Shown piece by piece: positions 1 through 10,134 of a stretch of 64,000 bases of DNA. The DNA comes from Candidatus Poribacteria bacterium (lineage in GTDB: Bacteria; Poribacteria; WGA-4E; PCPOR2b): NCBI GenBank assembly GCA_965116925.1, contig OZ220744.1:704001-768000 (forward strand). The letters run 5' to 3'. A model generated the notes under the pieces. That model saw only the letters and a program-made list of their open reading frames with translations, was not told the DNA's origin and did no database searches. How positions within the stretch are numbered: the first letter of the stretch is position 1; each line of letters begins with the position of its first letter. The position numbers and the translations under genes are program-made.

Positions 1-1104
1 GAGGAGGAGGCTCGACCCGATGATCGGCTGCGCCTCGATCCCCAAGTTCACGACCTCAGCGTGACCGTTATCAGCATCTTGCAGCGGGGCGAAATTCCCT
101 ATGCCAGCAATAAGTATCCGCTCGGATTCATGACCGACTATTCGACCGCACACCATCTTGTCGATTGCGGCGAGGAGAATCGACATAACTCCCCTTACGG
201 CGGCGGCTCCGGGCACGTGATGTTCCTACATATCAATAATCTAGTCGAGCCTGTCAGTCGCGGTAATCTTGTCAGCGACTTTGATCCTGACTACCCGCCG
301 ATCTGTTACGCCTGCGACGATGCGAAACGACAGGGAGGGATTGTGCTGTGGTGCCATAACGGACGGGGAATGGAAGCACCGGTGGCGGCAGCACTAGGGA
401 AGTTGGATGCCTTTAATCTATTCGATCCCTCTTGGAAAGACCTTGAGTATGACATCTGGTATCACCTACTCAACTGTGGGATTCCGCTGCCTGCCTCGAC
501 CGGGACAGATTGGTTCATCTGTGCGAACAACCGCGTCTACGTCCAGACCGATGGAGAATTTACCTATGAAAACTGGTTGAGCGGTTTGCAGGCAGGACGT
601 ACCTTTATCACGAATGGACCAGCACTGTTTCTGAACCTTGATGGCGCAGCCCCCGGCAGCAGTATCACATCCCCGAATGGAAGTTCTCGCACGGTATCAG
701 GACAAATCTCATGGCAGTCGCACTACCCCCTCAACAGCGTCGAATTGGTTCACAACGGGACAGTGACACAAACGGTTCCGCTTGAGGGAAGGGGACACGG
801 TGGGGAGCGGTCATTTGACCTCAAGATCGAATCCGATGGCTGGGTCGCAGCACGTGCCTTCGGAGAAGCCCGTGACAGCTTTGCACAGCCGGTCTATGCA
901 CACACAAGTCCCATCTACATCGGCACAGGTCGTCCTGACAGCACCGTGCAGTCGTCAGCAGGGTTCTTTGTTCGCTCGATCGACAATGCAATGGAGATAG
1001 TGAACCGAGATTGGCGGTTTGCAAAGGATACACAGCGGGAAGAGGTCTTACACCTGTTCAACGAAGGACGCAAAGTTTACCAGAATCTAGCTAAATTGCG
1101 TTAG
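1..1104 (+). CDS. CehA/McbA-like PHP-fold metallohydrolase, 5' truncated by window edge
   Basis: Frame open from base 1; motifs GEENRH, GHV, WCH, STGTDW, GRTFITNGP and AHTSPIY are typical of this family. Confidence 0.65.
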   Translation, partial: EEEARPDDRLRLDPQVHDLSVTVISILQRGEIPYASNKYPLGFMTDYSTAHHLVDCGEENRHNSPYGGGSGHVMFLHINNLVEPVSRGNLVSDFDPDYPPICYACDDAKRQGGIVLWCHNGRGMEAPVAAALGKLDAFNLFDPSWKDLEYDIWYHLLNCGIPLPASTGTDWFICANNRVYVQTDGEFTYENWLSGLQAGRTFITNGPALFLNLDGAAPGSSITSPNGSSRTVSGQISWQSHYPLNSVELVHNGTVTQTVPLEGRGHGGERSFDLKIESDGWVAARAFGEARDSFAQPVYAHTSPIYIGTGRPDSTVQSSAGFFVRSIDNAMEIVNRDWRFAKDTQREEVLHLFNEGRKVYQNLAKLR

Positions 1105-2462
1105 GAGCGTGCCTCTTCAGGGGAAACCCGACGCTGGCCGCTCGCTTCCGTCGGAGCTGGTTCGATGGTCGGTGCCGCCTCACCTGCCTCAACCATGCGA
1201 CGAAGGAGACGTTCCCGCATCACCGCAGCAACCTCCTGATGCGACTCCCGTCCAATCAGGTTTGCCAACTCGTAAGGATCTGCCTGCAAGTCGTAAAGGG
1301 ACTCCTCGACATACTCCTCCGAACCTGCCCCTTGTGCACTACGTCCCCCCGGCGCAGCAACGCCGTACTTCCATCGGTGTGTGCGAACAGCGCGCCCTAC
1401 CTGCGCCTCGCTGACCTGAACGAAGACCTCCTCGGGCCACTCCTCCGTCTCACCCCTCGTCAATGGAAGGATTGAACGTCCTTGCATCTCTTCGGGCACA
1501 GGAATCCCCGCCGCATCGAGAAGGGTTGGGGGTAAGTCAACAAGACTGACCAGCTGTTGCAGCTGCCCCCCGCCATCGAAGCCGGGTCCATGTAACGCCG
1601 TTGGGACACGGATAGAACTTTCGTGACAGGAGCGTTTGTATTCCGCATTTCGCGTCTTGAAGTGACAGCCGTGATCCGATGTAAAGAGCAGAATCGTGTT
1701 ATCAAGTAGGTCGAGGCTCTTGAGTGCGTCTAATACCCTGCCGAGCGCCTCGTCAAGCCGTTTGACCATACCGTAATAGCCTGCGATGTGCTGATGTGTT
1801 GAGCCACCCAACGCAGCAAGATCCGGCGGAATCCACCGCCCCGCGTAGCGTTCACGGTAGCCATCGGGCGGTGGGTAATCATCAAGATGATTCTGATGGT
1901 GCGGTTCGATGTACGAGGTGAAAAGATAAAATGGATCGCCTTGGTGCGCGTCAATATAGCGGATCATAGAATCGGTGACAGCGTCCACACGGTAGCCGGG
2001 GAGTCTGACAGGTTGGTTGTCGTTGTTATAGAGTACGGTCGAGTAAGCGTCGGAGGTAAACTCAAGCACGTTGGAGGCAAGCCAATACTCATAACCACCA
2101 CGCGCAGATTCCGGGACAGGTCCCTCAACGCCCCTATCGTAGAGATGCCACTTGCCGATATAACCGGTCGTGTAGCCGCTTTCACGAAAATGGTGGGCAA
2201 GTGTCTTCAGATCGGACGGCAGTGGGATACCGTTTCGGTAACACCCCGTTTCAGTGGCGTAAAGCCCGGTTTGCAAGCAAGACCGCGCTGGACCACAAAC
2301 AGGCTGGCATGTAAACGAGTGGTGGACATGGGTTCCCCTTCGCGCCATCCGATCAAAATTCGGCGTCAAATCGAGCGGATTGCCGTGGACGCCCGTTGTG
2401 TCCCAACGTTGCTGGTCTGTGAAGAACACGATCACATTGGGCTGGTCTGAAGTTCTTGCCAT
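1101..2462 (-). CDS. Sulfatase (formylglycine-dependent)
   Basis: PNVIVFFTDQQ, CGPARS (CxPxR), GKWH, SDHG, LYDLQADPYE; start placed at ATG 2462 behind AGGAG. Confidence 0.93.
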   Translation of the reverse strand: MARTSDQPNVIVFFTDQQRWDTTGVHGNPLDLTPNFDRMARRGTHVHHSFTCQPVCGPARSCLQTGLYATETGCYRNGIPLPSDLKTLAHHFRESGYTTGYIGKWHLYDRGVEGPVPESARGGYEYWLASNVLEFTSDAYSTVLYNNDNQPVRLPGYRVDAVTDSMIRYIDAHQGDPFYLFTSYIEPHHQNHLDDYPPPDGYRERYAGRWIPPDLAALGGSTHQHIAGYYGMVKRLDEALGRVLDALKSLDLLDNTILLFTSDHGCHFKTRNAEYKRSCHESSIRVPTALHGPGFDGGGQLQQLVSLVDLPPTLLDAAGIPVPEEMQGRSILPLTRGETEEWPEEVFVQVSEAQVGRAVRTHRWKYGVAAPGGRSAQGAGSEEYVEESLYDLQADPYELANLIGRESHQEVAAVMRERLLRRMVEAGEAAPTIEPAPTEASGQRRVSPEEARS

Positions 2463-2567
2463 ATTATTGTTTCTCCTCTTCCTCAGCGCCGTTAAAGTTG
2501 ATTTGTCTAGTCGCTCCTCAAATTCAGCGAAGGCGCGACCTAAAATACAAGGCAATCTCCTGTTGGT

Positions 2568-3035
2568 CTACACACTTTCAATGTCTTGTGTGCCAAGTTT
2601 CGCTCTCAGATTGGATCCACTTAATCCTTCAAGGAGTCCCCTCAGAAAACGCTTATACAGATGTTCCGCTAAGAAGAAGAAGATTTCCTGTTGGGTCTTT
2701 TCTGATACCTGATTATCTGGTCCAAGTAGCCGGGAGATTTCTTCCTCTGCTTCATGTTTAAGTTCTGGATATTTACCGACAATAGATTCATGAAGATTCG
2801 CAAACCATTCTCCAGTATCGTTCAGCGGATCTAACGTTGCATTAAGAAAATCTGCAATCTCTGAAAGAATCGGATCCGTACATTCTTCTATGAAATTTTG
2901 ATTGACTCGGGTTAACTCGAAAAGCCACAGCAAGCTATCAGCCACTTCCGACCAATACTGAATTGAAAAATCAGGTGTTCTTATATCCTCAAGTGGGTTG
3001 CGTCTTTGCGGTGGAGGTGCATCCCTCTGTACCAT
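2568..3035 (-). CDS. Hypothetical protein (155 aa, helical)
   Basis: ORF with AGGAG ribosome-binding site; no recognised motif. Confidence 0.6.
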   Translation of the reverse strand: MVQRDAPPPQRRNPLEDIRTPDFSIQYWSEVADSLLWLFELTRVNQNFIEECTDPILSEIADFLNATLDPLNDTGEWFANLHESIVGKYPELKHEAEEEISRLLGPDNQVSEKTQQEIFFFLAEHLYKRFLRGLLEGLSGSNLRAKLGTQDIESV

Positions 3036-3141
3036 AATAATCTCCTATTGTTGTGAAGGTTTAATAAGTTCCTTACTCACTGTTGATATATTCCAAAACC
3101 TCCAATGATTGGAAGCATTCTATCATGGATCTGCTCCGAGG

Positions 3142-4263
3142 CTAATCAAAGCCGTCATCAAGACTTTTCAAGAACAAGCGACCGACATCAAGGTTATACG
3201 CGAAATCGCTTGCTATCCAAGGGCTGTTGTAGCCGATGACCGGTACTTTGCTCTCATGACGTGAACCGTGAGATCTAATATCGACAACTGTTTCCGTTTC
3301 GGTGAGTTCACCAAAAACGGTATCTCGATCTGCGAGGACGAAAATGTCTCCAATCCGATCCGGGTGAAGCCGAAATTGATGTGCTGCTTCATCAGAGGCA
3401 TAAACCTCTTCGACACCCGGCGCAGTGCCTAATGTTTCTATCGCCTTCGGAAGATCCGCCAATCTCTGTAGAAACACATACGCCGCCCCTCCCAAATTAC
3501 CGTGATGGGCGACATAACGGTCTTTGATGATGGGGATAGCGCTTGACGGGATGCTATGCTCGGTCAACCAACGCCCCGGATCGAGCGCGCGATTCTTTGG
3601 CAACATCGCGTGATCCGCTGTAATGTAAATCTCTCGTTCCGGGTTATCGTCCGCAATTTGCCCAATGAGTCGGTCCAATTCAGCGATATGTTGCAGCGAA
3701 TGTTCTTCCGTCGGGGCGTATTTGTGTTGATTCCAATCCGTGGTTGAGCAGTAGGCGAGTTGGGGGTCATGCTCGCGTAGAACCTCACGCAACGCCCGCA
3801 GCAACCACCAATTAATTTCCGACGAGTAGATATCCTCAACCGGTCCAACTGTTTCAACATATTCAGTGGGTGGATCTTCCGCAGCGATAGCGATATCCGT
3901 TCCTGCCTCAAGCATCCGTAGTAATTTTTTCTTCGTAACAAGCAGAGCGGTTTTCTCTGCGAAACCCGACAATTTTGCACGCTCAAATAGTGTCTGTGTG
4001 AGCAAAAAACGGTTATCCTCGATAAACTCTCCTTTCCCCGTCTCACGGTCAACATGGTAGTTGGTTGTAATGCCGTGTATCTCTGGGAAAGTCCCTGTCG
4101 CAAGACTCACATTATTGACATTTGTAACAGAGGGGATGACTGATCTCGCGTGTTGATAGAAGCCCTCCTCTGCTAGCTTTTGGATGTTTGGTATATCACT
4201 CGCATCAAGGTAGTCGTGCCCACCGGCGTCAATACAGATAATCAAAACTTTGCGCTGGCTCAA
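3142..4263 (-). CDS. phnA: Phosphonoacetate hydrolase-like alkaline phosphatase superfamily protein
   Basis: IICIDAG, PSVTNVNN (Thr nucleophile), TDWNQHKY, TADH, RSHG match PhnA-type metal sites. Confidence 0.7.
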   Translation of the reverse strand: MSQRKVLIICIDAGGHDYLDASDIPNIQKLAEEGFYQHARSVIPSVTNVNNVSLATGTFPEIHGITTNYHVDRETGKGEFIEDNRFLLTQTLFERAKLSGFAEKTALLVTKKKLLRMLEAGTDIAIAAEDPPTEYVETVGPVEDIYSSEINWWLLRALREVLREHDPQLAYCSTTDWNQHKYAPTEEHSLQHIAELDRLIGQIADDNPEREIYITADHAMLPKNRALDPGRWLTEHSIPSSAIPIIKDRYVAHHGNLGGAAYVFLQRLADLPKAIETLGTAPGVEEVYASDEAAHQFRLHPDRIGDIFVLADRDTVFGELTETETVVDIRSHGSRHESKVPVIGYNSPWIASDFAYNLDVGRLFLKSLDDGFD

Positions 4264-5369
4264 AATGATTTCCCCTCTAAGGTTGGATTAATGCCAACTC
4301 GGATCAGATCCCCTTGCATCGCGCAGTCAAATGCAGCATTGATTTCTCCCAATGGGTAGACTTTACCGACTAATTCCTTAAACGGATAACGCTCCCGCGT
4401 CGCCTCGACAAACCGAAGCGCGTCTCCTAGTGCAGATGGATGATAGTTGTGATTGCCTCGCACTGTCAAGCATTTTGTTACAATTTTGTGTGCGTCCACC
4501 GTGACATCTGCGTGTGGGAAAACGTAGCCGAGTGTTAAACAGTTACCGCCAATTCCCAGCCAGTCGAGAGAGTTGATCAGTGCAGCTTCTGCCCCGCTCA
4601 CCTCGACCGCGAAATCTACGCCGCGTTCCTCTGTTAAGTCGTGTAAGGCTTCCCCGATCCGATCGGCGGAATCTTTCGTGAGATCGAACGTATGCGTTGC
4701 TCCAAAGGCTTCCGCGATACGGAGACGCTCGGCGACGCGGTCTACGCAGGCGACAATTTCAAATCCGCGTTCGCGCAAACAGCACACAGCATAAATACCT
4801 AACATGCCCGCACCTTGAACGACTGCGCTAGATCTCCCTGTGGGGTCGAGGATTGCCAGCCCACCTAAAACCGTGGAGAGAGCGCAGTTAAGCGGTGCTG
4901 CCTCAATATCGCTGACGGCGTCGGGGATCCGGTAGATTGCAGTTCCCGGTCGAAGGCAAATCTGCTCTGCGAAACCGCCGTTGAGGAAATGAGGCGCAAC
5001 ACTCTGGGCATGTCCATACTTGAACAGCCGCTCACACTTCTGTGGCAGATTCCGGTCGTTACAATATTCGCAAGCACCACACGCAGCCATGATGCTCCAC
5101 GTCACGCGGTCGCCTTCGTGCAGAGGTTCGCCATACGCATCACGAACCTTCGTCGGGAGGGCAATGCGCCCAACCGCTTCGTGACCTAACACACACGGTG
5201 TTGGTGCGGTCCGTCGTCCTGCGAAGGTGTGTAGGTCTGAGCCACAGACAGTTGCTAGGGAGACTTGGACCAGTACCTCATCTATATTCGACGCTGCGAT
5301 GTTCCGTTTGCAAAGTTCAAATGGTTGACCTGCGCCGTGAAAGAGTGCAATCGAAGCTCGCTGACGCAT
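4260..5369 (-). CDS. Zn-dependent alcohol dehydrogenase, phosphonate-catabolism-associated type
   Basis: CGSDLH, GHE, CGACEYC...C, GAGMLG; 4-bp overlap with the phnA-like gene. Confidence 0.85.
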   Translation of the reverse strand: MRQRASIALFHGAGQPFELCKRNIAASNIDEVLVQVSLATVCGSDLHTFAGRRTAPTPCVLGHEAVGRIALPTKVRDAYGEPLHEGDRVTWSIMAACGACEYCNDRNLPQKCERLFKYGHAQSVAPHFLNGGFAEQICLRPGTAIYRIPDAVSDIEAAPLNCALSTVLGGLAILDPTGRSSAVVQGAGMLGIYAVCCLRERGFEIVACVDRVAERLRIAEAFGATHTFDLTKDSADRIGEALHDLTEERGVDFAVEVSGAEAALINSLDWLGIGGNCLTLGYVFPHADVTVDAHKIVTKCLTVRGNHNYHPSALGDALRFVEATRERYPFKELVGKVYPLGEINAAFDCAMQGDLIRVGINPTLEGKSF

Positions 5370-5470
5370 AAAATTTCCTTAAATCTGCCTGACTTGTTGA
5401 GATGTTTGTATTGATGGTGCCTTCCACAAATATGAGTGAGCAGCCAGCCTTCTTTTTTAAGTCTGGGATT

Positions 5471-5534
5471 AAATGAATATTCATTTTAAGTTGTCAGTTG
5501 GGTTTACTGTGTGTTATAATGTTTTATAATGTTT
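5471..5534 (+). promoter_or_regulatory. Promoter/operator region of the MTase gene
   Basis: 16-bp palindrome AAATGAATATTCATTT (5471-5486); TATAATGTTT x2 (5515-5534) containing -10 boxes; TTTACT upstream. Confidence 0.5.
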
Positions 5535-5567
5535 GTCTATTAAAAACCATATAAATAGGAGGGGCTT

Positions 5568-7883
5568 ATGGAAACTCAACATCAATATCTAACTATCAAA
5601 GAAGCTGCTGAATTATTAGGTGTGACACCCACAACCTTACGTAATTGGGATCGGTCAGGCAAATTAATCGCTCGGCGCGATCCTGTCAATGATTATCGTC
5701 TATATGCCGTTGAAGATATCTCACAGTTTTTAGGTGAACGAAGTGGAATCTATACCAGCGATCACGATACGACCCCTATCCAACCTGTCTTATTTCCGTT
5801 AGCTTCATCTACCTCTAATCCGAAAGAACCGTTAGATACGCGATCATTACGTCTATTAGTTCGTCAAATGAGTGCAGCTTTTCGTGATTCAATGGGTGGC
5901 AGCTTGCTGGAACGGTTTGAAGAAATCTCAAAGCTATTGTACTGCAAGCTGTATGATGAACGACAATCCCAAGTGTCAGAAAATTACCAATCATGCTTCC
6001 GGCATCAACATAGCGACTCCCTTGATGAAACTTATCTAAGAACTGCTAGGCTTTATCGCAATGCGATAAAGCTCTTACCGGATGTATTAACGGAAGGTTA
6101 TCAAAAATTAAGCGATGACAGAAAAGCAATTGTGCAAATTATTGAGATTTTACAAGATGTCAGTTTGATTAATGTTCCGGTAGATGTAAAAGGCACGGTT
6201 TATGAGGAGTTGATTCGCAATACATTTGAGAAGTCTGATAATCAGCAATTCTTTACGCCGCGCCCTGTTGTTGAGTTTATGGTGCAGTTTCTCAATCCTC
6301 AAGATGGTCAAATACTCTGCGATCCGGCGTGTGGTAGTGGTGGTTTTCTGATAGAAGCCTCAAAGCATATTCATAGAATTCTAGGCGTGCAAACGTCAGA
6401 AGATAGTACAGCGTACCTATCTGACCACATCATTGGATTAGAGATTGATAAGCGTATGGCTTGGGTTGCCCAAATGAATTTAATCATGCACGGTGATGGA
6501 CATGGCAATATTCATCATCTAAATGCCGGTGGTTCCTTAGGATTTTCAGATTATATAGATCGGTTGGTTCAACCTGACAGCCTTGATTTAATTTTGACTA
6601 ATCCGCCATTTGGGAGCGATTTTTCTGATGCAAGCCACCTTGTAAAATATCAACTTGGTCAAGGAAGACCATCTCGACGTCGGGGAATTCTTTTTATTGA
6701 ACGATGTATCGGTTGGCTAAAAAACGGCGGACGTTTAGGAATTATTATCGAAGATAGCGTATTGAATGGCACCTCAAACAGTGATGTACGTAATCTAATC
6801 CTTAAGCATTGTGTGGTGGAAGCCGTTGTTAGCTTACCAGATGTAACGTTTATGCCCTACTCTAGTGCGAAAACCTCTATCCTATTCTTACGCAAGGACC
6901 CTAATGCTAGAAAAGTACAGCCCCCAATTTTTATGGCGAATGTAGATCATGTGGGACGAAAACCAAATGGCGACCCACTTTACACAGTTGGTAGAGATGA
7001 AAACGGACGCCCATTGCTGCAGGATGAATTGCCAAGTGTAATTGATGCGTGGCAGATTTATGTTACGCAGGGCGAAGACGCTATTACTCATTTATCACCT
7101 AAAATTTATATTTGTCCGCCAGATCGATTTCAAAAAGATTTGGGAATGAGACTTGATGTTCAATTTCATCACCCTTCTCGTAAAGTCGCCGAGGATACAT
7201 TGCACAGATCTGTTTACCCAACACCAAAGTTGGCGGAACTCGTTGTTGTGCGAAATGTCACCGTTGTACCGAAAACACAAGATCCAGATGAAATTTGGCA
7301 CTATATCGGATTAGGAAATATCACCGCTGAAACAGGAGAGTATACCCAGTCCAGCATAATGGGAAGTCAAATCAAAAGTACGGTTCGTCTTTTTCACGCC
7401 GGAGATATTCTGTTTTCCAAGCTGCGTCCTGAACTCCGCAAGTGCGTCTTAATCCGCGAAGATGAGGATGAAGGTTATGCCTCATCTGAATGTTTGGTGT
7501 TCTGCACGTTAGCGGATGCGATGCACGATCCTCTATTGCATAACGTTGCCTATCAGAGGAGTCTCATGCAGCAGCATCAAATAGACCGTGAATATCTGGC
7601 GTTTATCTTACGTAGCGATATTGTTTTCGGACAACTAATTTATCAAATCACCGGCGTTGGTCGCCCCCGTGTCAGTCGGTCTGCGATACTTGGACTAAGA
7701 ATTCCAGTACCGCCTCTATCCATACAGCATGAAATTGTTACTGGATACAAGATAGCATGGAAACACTATCTTGAATGTCGTAAACGAAGTGCCGTGGCAC
7801 TGCGCGAAGGCGATACAGCTTTAAAGACAGCGTATACCCATACCTGTGAAAGGTTGTGTCCTACGCTACAACGCTTCGTCTAA
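5568..7883 (+). CDS. N6-adenine DNA methyltransferase with N-terminal MerR/excisionase-type HTH and C-terminal TRD (M-S fusion)
   Basis: LTIKEAAELLGVTPTTLRNWD HTH; QFFTPR, DPACGSGGF (motif I), NPPF (motif IV); GDILFSKLRPEL and IPVPPLSIQ resemble HsdS. Confidence 0.9.
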   Translation: METQHQYLTIKEAAELLGVTPTTLRNWDRSGKLIARRDPVNDYRLYAVEDISQFLGERSGIYTSDHDTTPIQPVLFPLASSTSNPKEPLDTRSLRLLVRQMSAAFRDSMGGSLLERFEEISKLLYCKLYDERQSQVSENYQSCFRHQHSDSLDETYLRTARLYRNAIKLLPDVLTEGYQKLSDDRKAIVQIIEILQDVSLINVPVDVKGTVYEELIRNTFEKSDNQQFFTPRPVVEFMVQFLNPQDGQILCDPACGSGGFLIEASKHIHRILGVQTSEDSTAYLSDHIIGLEIDKRMAWVAQMNLIMHGDGHGNIHHLNAGGSLGFSDYIDRLVQPDSLDLILTNPPFGSDFSDASHLVKYQLGQGRPSRRRGILFIERCIGWLKNGGRLGIIIEDSVLNGTSNSDVRNLILKHCVVEAVVSLPDVTFMPYSSAKTSILFLRKDPNARKVQPPIFMANVDHVGRKPNGDPLYTVGRDENGRPLLQDELPSVIDAWQIYVTQGEDAITHLSPKIYICPPDRFQKDLGMRLDVQFHHPSRKVAEDTLHRSVYPTPKLAELVVVRNVTVVPKTQDPDEIWHYIGLGNITAETGEYTQSSIMGSQIKSTVRLFHAGDILFSKLRPELRKCVLIREDEDEGYASSECLVFCTLADAMHDPLLHNVAYQRSLMQQHQIDREYLAFILRSDIVFGQLIYQITGVGRPRVSRSAILGLRIPVPPLSIQHEIVTGYKIAWKHYLECRKRSAVALREGDTALKTAYTHTCERLCPTLQRFV

Positions 7884-7886
7884 AAC

Positions 7887-8699
7887 TTATGTTTCATTAT
7901 GTTTACCCTTTCCTAAGCGATTTCTTGGGGACCGTTGATCGACTTGCTTAAGAAAATCCATGAATCTGCGTATGGTATCACTGAGCTCTTCCGAGTCCTG
8001 ACGCGTTGTATGAACGATTCGCCAGAATTTACCATAGTTCCCGGGATCAAGGACCCAATCCGCTTTTTTCTTGCTATATACGTACACTTGTTCGCCTTCA
8101 ATTTTTCCACCTGTTATTGTTAAGCGCTTATCACGTTCTCTGGCGATTTCTGCAGCTGGAAGAATAAGGCTTGCAAAGATGTGTGGGAATTCGCCAATGA
8201 CTTCCTTATCTTCTGAAACTATGTTTTTCCATTTCCAGCCGACTAATAACAACATATCTTTCAGCGGATCAATCCATATAGTTGGTGTACTGAAACGCGC
8301 TGCTTGTTCATCAGAGTCTGCATCAACTGCCTTCATCTCGATTCTAAGCAGAGCCGAGAATGTGTTATCGCGAAGATAGAAGTCCGGGTATTCATGAGAA
8401 GTAGCAAAGGTTAACAGATATTGATCATTATATCGTTCGTTAAGCAAACAAGCCATCGTTGTACTCAGAGCATATTCAAGGACTATTCCAATTCGTGTCC
8501 GATAGCTTGACAATTGACGCTTATCGGTTGGAAGTGGTTCGATTTGACGCGGTGATTTAGCAAGGTGCTTGGGCGAGAAATTAGCATTGACTTCTGCAAC
8601 CGCTTCCGTAAGCAAGGTGTTGAAATACGCAGAAATCCGATGAATATCCCAATCTTTCTGTGAAAGCAATTCTGGTAGTATCATAATTGTTGCTATCAA
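7887..8699 (-). CDS. Putative PD-(D/E)xK restriction endonuclease
   Basis: GIVLE...YPDF...IEMK motif; convergent with the MTase, stops 3 bp apart; start uncertain. Confidence 0.6.
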   Translation of the reverse strand: MIATIMILPELLSQKDWDIHRISAYFNTLLTEAVAEVNANFSPKHLAKSPRQIEPLPTDKRQLSSYRTRIGIVLEYALSTTMACLLNERYNDQYLLTFATSHEYPDFYLRDNTFSALLRIEMKAVDADSDEQAARFSTPTIWIDPLKDMLLLVGWKWKNIVSEDKEVIGEFPHIFASLILPAAEIARERDKRLTITGGKIEGEQVYVYSKKKADWVLDPGNYGKFWRIVHTTRQDSEELSDTIRRFMDFLKQVDQRSPRNRLGKGKHNET

Positions 8700-8726
8700 T
8701 CAACTAGGTTGTTCAATTCAAACCAT

Positions 8727-9902
8727 TTAGTAAGTGGTATCACGTTTTACTGTCCCACTTCGCCAAAGCTGAAACGCGAGTATCGCCGAAATAACAACCA
8801 TTCCAGCAGCCACAGTAAACGGCAAGGAGATAGCCACCGATTCGAGTCTCCCTCCAACCATGTGTCCTGAGAGGAAACCAGAACTCCACGCGAGATGGGT
8901 AATCCCAACCCCCCGTCCCTTCTCCTCTTTCGCAAAGAATTCATCAATAAGGCGAGGCATTGTGATTGAAACCGACCATGCTGCCCCCGCACCGAAGACC
9001 CCCAATACAAATAGCAGCGTTGTCGAGTCCGTATTTAGCGTAATCAGAACTACGTTCAGCGCGACCAGACAGGTTGCCACAAGGGCAGTGGGCTTAGCAC
9101 CGACAACGTCACAAATGCGGCCTGCTATCAGCTGGCAGCAGGCGGCAAACAGATCTCTTGATGCACCGTAGTATCCTGCCAGCCTAACACCGGAAGCGCG
9201 TGCCATTAGAACCGGCAGCAGGAGGCTAACTGTTCCCCAAGAGTAGGTCGGCAGAAAACGCATACCGAGCAGTAAGCGTACCTCTCGACGGCGGAGCATT
9301 TCCCCATACCCTGCTAACATTTGAGTGAAAGATTTCCGTTCATCCCCCCCGCGCGGCAGGCGAGGTAGAAGGATAAGTGCTACTAAAATGAGCAGGATCA
9401 TGACACAGATCGTCCCACTGCCAACGACTCCATAATTGAAGCGATCTATTAGCTCACCTCCAATTGCGCTGCCCACTGACCCCCCGAATGTGTACGTCAT
9501 GAAGTAGACAGCGGCAGCCAAACCGAGCCGATTCGCGTCAACGGCACTGATGAGATACGATTGGCCACCCGCTATACGGAAACCGGAGGCAATCCCCTGA
9601 TAGCACAGCACTCCCCAAATCAGCAACGGTTGTTTGCTTATGAACACGACTCCCACAACCAAGGCACCTGTCATGCCCAAGATTAGCGTGGACTTCCGAC
9701 CCAATCGATCGCTTAACGCGCCACCGACCAAAGCAAACAAACCACCGAGTGCGATTGGGATTGCGCGTAATAACGCGGCAAACCATACTGTTTTTCCCAA
9801 TGCCTCTTCCACGTAAACTGGGAACAAGAGCTCGATTGGTGCGGTGACAAGTCCTGCTGCAAGTAAGATAAGGCACAATGAGATGAATTGACGATTCCAC
9901 AT
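8727..9902 (-). CDS. MFS transporter
   Basis: GALSDRLGRK motif A; about 12 hydrophobic segments. Confidence 0.92.
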   Translation of the reverse strand: MWNRQFISLCLILLAAGLVTAPIELLFPVYVEEALGKTVWFAALLRAIPIALGGLFALVGGALSDRLGRKSTLILGMTGALVVGVVFISKQPLLIWGVLCYQGIASGFRIAGGQSYLISAVDANRLGLAAAVYFMTYTFGGSVGSAIGGELIDRFNYGVVGSGTICVMILLILVALILLPRLPRGGDERKSFTQMLAGYGEMLRRREVRLLLGMRFLPTYSWGTVSLLLPVLMARASGVRLAGYYGASRDLFAACCQLIAGRICDVVGAKPTALVATCLVALNVVLITLNTDSTTLLFVLGVFGAGAAWSVSITMPRLIDEFFAKEEKGRGVGITHLAWSSGFLSGHMVGGRLESVAISLPFTVAAGMVVISAILAFQLWRSGTVKRDTTY

Positions 9903-10134
9903 CAGATTACGGGCACCTGTCGCGGTTTAGATGAATTACACATAGGCAAATCTCCATTGGCAACTACGCCAAGGGCTTAATGGAAATCGAGAGTAACTGC
10001 ATTGTTGGTGGGTTCATTATACAGATTAATAAAAGGAATGCAAGGCTTTAATTGATGTTTGCCGTTGTATCGTGTGGAGAAAATATGATAAAATGACAGG
10101 CAAAATCGAACCAAGTTGTTAAAAGGAGAAAAAC

